The position numbers were made by a program, and so were the translations under genes. A DNA stretch of 64,000 bases from contig CAWDVE010000021.1 in assembly GCA_963805625.1 (NCBI GenBank), positions 96,001 to 160,000 on the forward strand. The letters run 5' to 3'. The notes beneath the pieces were generated by a model that saw nothing but the letters and a program-made list of their open reading frames with translations, ran no database searches and had not been told where the DNA came from. Positions 60,217-64,000 of this stretch are shown one piece after another (within the stretch, counting starts at the first letter, position 1; every line of letters begins with the position of its first letter). The stretch is from an uncultured Candidatus Rokubacteria bacterium. Its GTDB lineage: Bacteria; Methylomirabilota; Methylomirabilia; Rokubacteriales; DASRDR01.

Positions 60217-60918
60217 TCAGTCCTCCTGGAAGGGCGCGGTCGCGATGTCACGCGGCGGCGGCCCGCCGCCCGGGCGGTGCCGGCGGCCCAGCTCCGCGAA
60301 CACGTGGCGCGCCGAGAGACCCCGTGCCCCCATCAGCACGAGCGTGTGGAACCAGAGGTCGGCCACTTCGGCGATGAGCCGCTCGGAGCCTTCCGCGAGG
60401 GCCGCGACCATGACCTCGGCCGCCTCCTCCCCGACCTTCTGCGCGATCCGGGCGTCACCCCCGGCGAGGAGCCCCGACACGTACGAGCCCTCGCGCGGCG
60501 CCACTCGCCGCGATTGGATGAGGCGCTCGACCGCGTCGAGGATCCCCGGGCCTGCGCCGGGCGCGCCGGCTGGATCCACCCCGGACTCCGCCGGCCGGTC
60601 GAGGCGGGCGAAGAAGCACGTGCGGCTCCCCGTGTGGCAGGCGACCCCTTCCTGGTGCGCGAGGATAAGCAGCGTGTCCGCGTCGCAGTCTGCATAGACC
60701 CCGTCGACGTGCTGGCGGTGGCCCGACGTCTCGCCCTTCTGCCACAGCGCGCGCCGCGACCGGGACCAGAAGTGAGTCAACCGGGTCGCGAGCGTGCGCT
60801 CGAGGGCCTCCGCGTTCATCCACGCGACCATCAGGACCTCGCCGGTCGCCGCTTCCTGGACCACGGCCGGGATGAGGCCGTTCGCGTCGAAATGAAGCCC
60901 CGGCGAGGCGGCCGTCAC
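60217..60918 (-). CDS. hisIE: Bifunctional phosphoribosyl-AMP cyclohydrolase / phosphoribosyl-ATP pyrophosphatase
   Basis: [21 protein letters not shown]; [16 protein letters not shown]. Confidence 0.96.
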   Translation of the reverse strand: MTAASPGLHFDANGLIPAVVQEAATGEVLMVAWMNAEALERTLATRLTHFWSRSRRALWQKGETSGHRQHVDGVYADCDADTLLILAHQEGVACHTGSRTCFFARLDRPAESGVDPAGAPGAGPGILDAVERLIQSRRVAPREGSYVSGLLAGGDARIAQKVGEEAAEVMVAALAEGSERLIAEVADLWFHTLVLMGARGLSARHVFAELGRRHRPGGGPPPRDIATAPFQED

Positions 60919-61697
60919 GCCGGAATCTCCTCGAGACGGATCGGCACACCGCGGGCCCGGAGGTAGCGTTTGGCCTCCGGCACGGTGTGCTCGCCGAAGT
61001 GGAAGATCGAGGCCGCGAGCACGGCGTCGGCCTTGCCCAGAACAAGGCCGTCGTGAAGGTGAGCGAGCGTCCCGACCCCGCCCGAGGCGATCACCGGGAC
61101 CGAGACGGCCTCGGCGATCGCCCGCGTCAACTCGAGGTCGTACCCGTCCCGCGTCCCGTCCCGGTCCATGCTGGTAAGCAGGATCTCGCCCGCCCCCAGG
61201 TCCACGGCCTCGCGAGCCCAGGCGACCGCGTCCCGGCCCGTGGATCGCCGGCCGCCGTGAGTGTAGACCTCGAACGTCGTGTCCGGCGCTGTCGCACGCC
61301 GCTTGGCGTCGATCGCGATCACGATGCACTGGCTGCCGAAGCGCACCGCCGCGTCGCGGATCAGCTCGGGCCTCGCCACGGCCGCCGTGTTGAGGGACAC
61401 CTTGTCGGCGCCGGCACGGAGCAGCGTCCGCACGTCCTCCAGGCTCCCGAGCCCGCCGCCGACGGTCAGCGGCAGGTACACGGCCTCCGCCGTCCGTCGC
61501 ACGACGTCGAGCATCGTGGCGCGCCCCTCGTGGGACGCCGCGATGTCCAGGAACACCAGCTCGTCCGCGCCCTGCCGGTCGTAGGCGATCGCGGCCTCGA
61601 CCGGGTCGCCCGCGTCGGCGAGGTCGAGGAACCGCACCCCTTTAACGACCCGGCCGTCCTTGACGTCGAGGCACGGGATCACGCGCCGGGCCAGCAT
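60915..61697 (-). CDS. hisF: Imidazole glycerol phosphate synthase cyclase subunit
   Basis: [35 protein letters not shown]. Confidence 0.98.
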   Translation of the reverse strand: MLARRVIPCLDVKDGRVVKGVRFLDLADAGDPVEAAIAYDRQGADELVFLDIAASHEGRATMLDVVRRTAEAVYLPLTVGGGLGSLEDVRTLLRAGADKVSLNTAAVARPELIRDAAVRFGSQCIVIAIDAKRRATAPDTTFEVYTHGGRRSTGRDAVAWAREAVDLGAGEILLTSMDRDGTRDGYDLELTRAIAEAVSVPVIASGGVGTLAHLHDGLVLGKADAVLAASIFHFGEHTVPEAKRYLRARGVPIRLEEIPA

Positions 61698-61702
61698 CGC
61701 CG

Positions 61703-62425
61703 TCAGGCCGCCACCGCGGCGATCGCTGCGCCGAGGTCGACGGCGCCCGTGTAGAGGGCCCGGCCAACGATGGCGCCGGCCACGTTCGGAATAGCCGCGA
61801 GGCGAACGAGGTCGTCGACCCTGGCAATCCCCCCCGACGCGATGACGGGCACGGACGCGCCCGCCGCGAGCGCCGCCGTGGCCTCGAGGTTCGGGCCGCG
61901 GGCCGTCCCGTCCCGGCGAACGTCGGTGTAGATCGCGCCCACCGCGCCGGCGGCTGCCGCGCGGCTGACCAGCTCATGCGCCGTGAGCGGAAGCACGTCG
62001 GTCCACCCGCGCACCGCCACCCGTCCGTCGACCGCGTCCACCCCAACGAGGATCCGGCCCGGCCATCTCTCGCACGCGGCCTCGAGCACGGCCGGCTCGA
62101 GCGCCGCCGCCGTCCCGAGAACGGCCCAGCGGGCCCCGGTGCCGAGCGCTGCCTCGAGGGTGGTGAGGTCGCGCAGGCCACCCCCCACCTCGACGGGCAC
62201 GGCCGGGACCGCCTCCACCATCGCGCGGATCAGGGCGGCGTGGCGGGGCACCCCGTCGAACGCGCCGTCCAGGTCCACCACGTGGAGCCGCCGCGCTCCG
62301 CGCTCAGCCCACCGGCGCGCCATCGCCACCGGGTCGTCGCCGAAGACCGTGGCGCTGTCGGCCCGGCCCTCGACCAGCCGGACACAGCGGCCTCCCTGGA
62401 GGTCGATCGCGGGGATGACGATCAC
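61703..62425 (-). CDS. hisA: ProFAR isomerase
   Basis: [34 protein letters not shown]. Confidence 0.97.
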   Translation of the reverse strand: MIVIPAIDLQGGRCVRLVEGRADSATVFGDDPVAMARRWAERGARRLHVVDLDGAFDGVPRHAALIRAMVEAVPAVPVEVGGGLRDLTTLEAALGTGARWAVLGTAAALEPAVLEAACERWPGRILVGVDAVDGRVAVRGWTDVLPLTAHELVSRAAAAGAVGAIYTDVRRDGTARGPNLEATAALAAGASVPVIASGGIARVDDLVRLAAIPNVAGAIVGRALYTGAVDLGAAIAAVAA

Positions 62426-63060
62426 GCGCGCACCGTCTCCGCACCGCCCGCAAGCCGGGCGAAGTTCGCGAGCAGCCGGAGCCCCCAGCCCTGGCTCTTC
62501 TCCGGATGGAACTGGGTGCCGTACAGCCGGTCGCGCACGACCAGAGCCGGGAAGCGGAGCCCGTACTCGCAGTGGGCCGCCTGCACGCCCTCCGCGTGGA
62601 GCGCGGCCGACACCTCGGGGTAGTACGAATGCACGAAGTAGAAGTACGCACCCGCCGGGATCCCGGCGAGGAGCGGCAGGGTCCCGTCGTGCCAGAGCTG
62701 GTTCCAGCCCATGTGGGGCACCTTGAGCCCGGGCGGGAAGCGGCGCACGACCCCAGGCAGAACGTCGAGACCCTTGGCGTGGCCGAACTCCTCGCTCTCA
62801 GTGAACAGGAGCTGGTAACCGAGGCAGATGCCGAGATAGGGGCGGCCGGCCGCGATGTGGGCGCGGATCGGCTCGGCAAGTCCCAGGCGCTCGAGGCTCC
62901 CCATGGCATCCGCGAAGGCACCATCCCCGGGGACGACCAGCGCGCGAGCGCGCGCCACCGTCCGGGCATCGTCGGTGACGACGACCTCGGGCGCGAGCTC
63001 GGCCAGCGCCTTCCGGACGCTCCCGAGGTTGCCTCGGCCGTAATCGACGATGGCGATCAC
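62422..63060 (-). CDS. hisH: Imidazole glycerol phosphate synthase amidotransferase subunit
   Basis: DYGRGNL, LGICLG, PHMGWN, FVHSY, QFHPEKS. Confidence 0.98.
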   Translation of the reverse strand: MIAIVDYGRGNLGSVRKALAELAPEVVVTDDARTVARARALVVPGDGAFADAMGSLERLGLAEPIRAHIAAGRPYLGICLGYQLLFTESEEFGHAKGLDVLPGVVRRFPPGLKVPHMGWNQLWHDGTLPLLAGIPAGAYFYFVHSYYPEVSAALHAEGVQAAHCEYGLRFPALVVRDRLYGTQFHPEKSQGWGLRLLANFARLAGGAETVRA

Positions 63061-63776
63061 AAGGCGCCCTTCGTGGAGAGCACGCCCTCGATGCGGGGGT
63101 TCATGCGCGAGGCCTCGGCGAGGGCACGTCCGAACGCCTTGAACAGCGCCTCGGCGATGTGGTGAAGGTTCTCCCCGTAGTGGAGGTTGACGTGAAGGTT
63201 CAGCATCGCGTTCATCGCGAACGCACGGAAGAAGTCCTTCAAGAGGTCGAGGTCGAAGTTCCCCACCCGCGTCTTGGCGAACGGCACGTTGTAGGAAAAG
63301 TAGGGCCGCCCCGAGACGTCCACGTGGACGGAAGCCAGGGCTTCGTCCATCGGGACGTAGGCCGTCCCGAATCGAACGATCCCCCGCTTGTCTCCGAGCG
63401 CCTCGTGGAAGGCCTTCCCGAGACAGATCCCCACGTCCTCCACCGTGTGGTGGAGGTCCACCTCCGTGTCGCCCCGGGCACTCACCCGGAGGTCGAGCAA
63501 CCCGTGCTTCCCCGCCGCCTCGAGCATGTGGTTGAAGAACGGGATCGTGGTGTCGATCGTCATCTCGCCGCGCCCGTCGACGTTCAGCTGGAGGAGGATC
63601 TCGGTTTCCCGCGTCCGCCGCTCGATCCGCGCCACACGGCCGGCCGCCGGCACACCGCCGTTGCCGGCCGGCACCGACTCGATCGCCCCCGCGATTCCCA
63701 CCACCGGGGACTCCGCGTTAGCCGCCCCGTTCCCCGGTCTCGGTCCACGTCCGTATCGCCGCCGTCGTCGTGCCAT
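63057..63776 (-). CDS. hisB: Imidazoleglycerol-phosphate dehydratase (monofunctional) with about 45-aa N-terminal extension
   Basis: RRTRET, FFNHML, DLHHTVED, PMDEAL, NLHHIAEALFKA, STKGAL; ATG 2 nt after the hisD stop. Confidence 0.95.
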   Translation of the reverse strand: MARRRRRYGRGPRPGNGAANAESPVVGIAGAIESVPAGNGGVPAAGRVARIERRTRETEILLQLNVDGRGEMTIDTTIPFFNHMLEAAGKHGLLDLRVSARGDTEVDLHHTVEDVGICLGKAFHEALGDKRGIVRFGTAYVPMDEALASVHVDVSGRPYFSYNVPFAKTRVGNFDLDLLKDFFRAFAMNAMLNLHVNLHYGENLHHIAEALFKAFGRALAEASRMNPRIEGVLSTKGAL

Positions 63777-63778
63777 GC

Positions 63779-64000
63779 CTAGTGGTCTCCTCGCGTCCGG
63801 GGGCCTTCCAGGCGGATCCGCGCCGCCTCGCTGTGCCCGTGGAGCCCCTCCGCTTCCGCCAGCGCGGCGAGATGGGGCCACGCCGCCCGGAGCCCGGCCG
63901 GCGTGTAGTGGATGAGGCTCGAGCGCTTGATGAAATCCTCCACCGACAGGCCGGACGCGAAGCGCGCCGTCGCCCCGGTGGGCAGGACGTGGTTCGGGCC
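63779..64000 (-). CDS. hisD: Histidinol dehydrogenase, 3' end (partial)
   Basis: Hand translation GPNHVLPTGATARFASGLSVEDFIKRSS..LAEAEGLHGH. Confidence 0.95.
   Translation of the reverse strand, partial: GPNHVLPTGATARFASGLSVEDFIKRSSLIHYTPAGLRAAWPHLAALAEAEGLHGHSEAARIRLEGPRTRGDH

Overview
High-GC bacterial chromosomal window. The gene repertoire resembles Rokubacteria/Methylomirabilota (inference, not tested). It has three blocks. (1) 1-8.7 kb, minus strand: one respiratory operon running cytochrome bd-like subunit I, dihaem cytochrome c, trihaem cytochrome c/EbdC-like fusion, cupredoxin-like protein, coxB, coxA (A1 haem-copper oxidase), ctaA. (2) 8.9-17.2 kb, plus strand: livHMGF, trxA, thiL, two CNNM/CBS proteins and a dienelactone hydrolase. 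(3) 17.2-64 kb, minus strand, one continuous run: his(D)BHAF(IE), lipoprotein, mlaEFD, radA, PIN/TRAM, ispDF, cysS, rlmB, 4 tRNAs, tuf, rpmG, tRNA-Trp, secE, nusG, rplKAJL, rpoBC, then the str, S10, spc and alpha clusters. No mobile elements or CRISPR were seen. Main oddities: the rpoA at the canonical alpha locus is an intact 249-aa NTD-only protein that has lost conserved beta-contact residues, suggesting a heterodimeric-alpha or CTD-less RNA polymerase. RpoB has GPRGL in place of GPGGL in fork loop 2. The bd-like/multihaem module shares an operon with a CuA oxidase behind a CRP/Rex-like operator. Both tuf copies show extreme G-ending codon use. Two unrelated proteins carry MARRRR N-terminal extensions. 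The str and tRNA promoters share a 10-mer.
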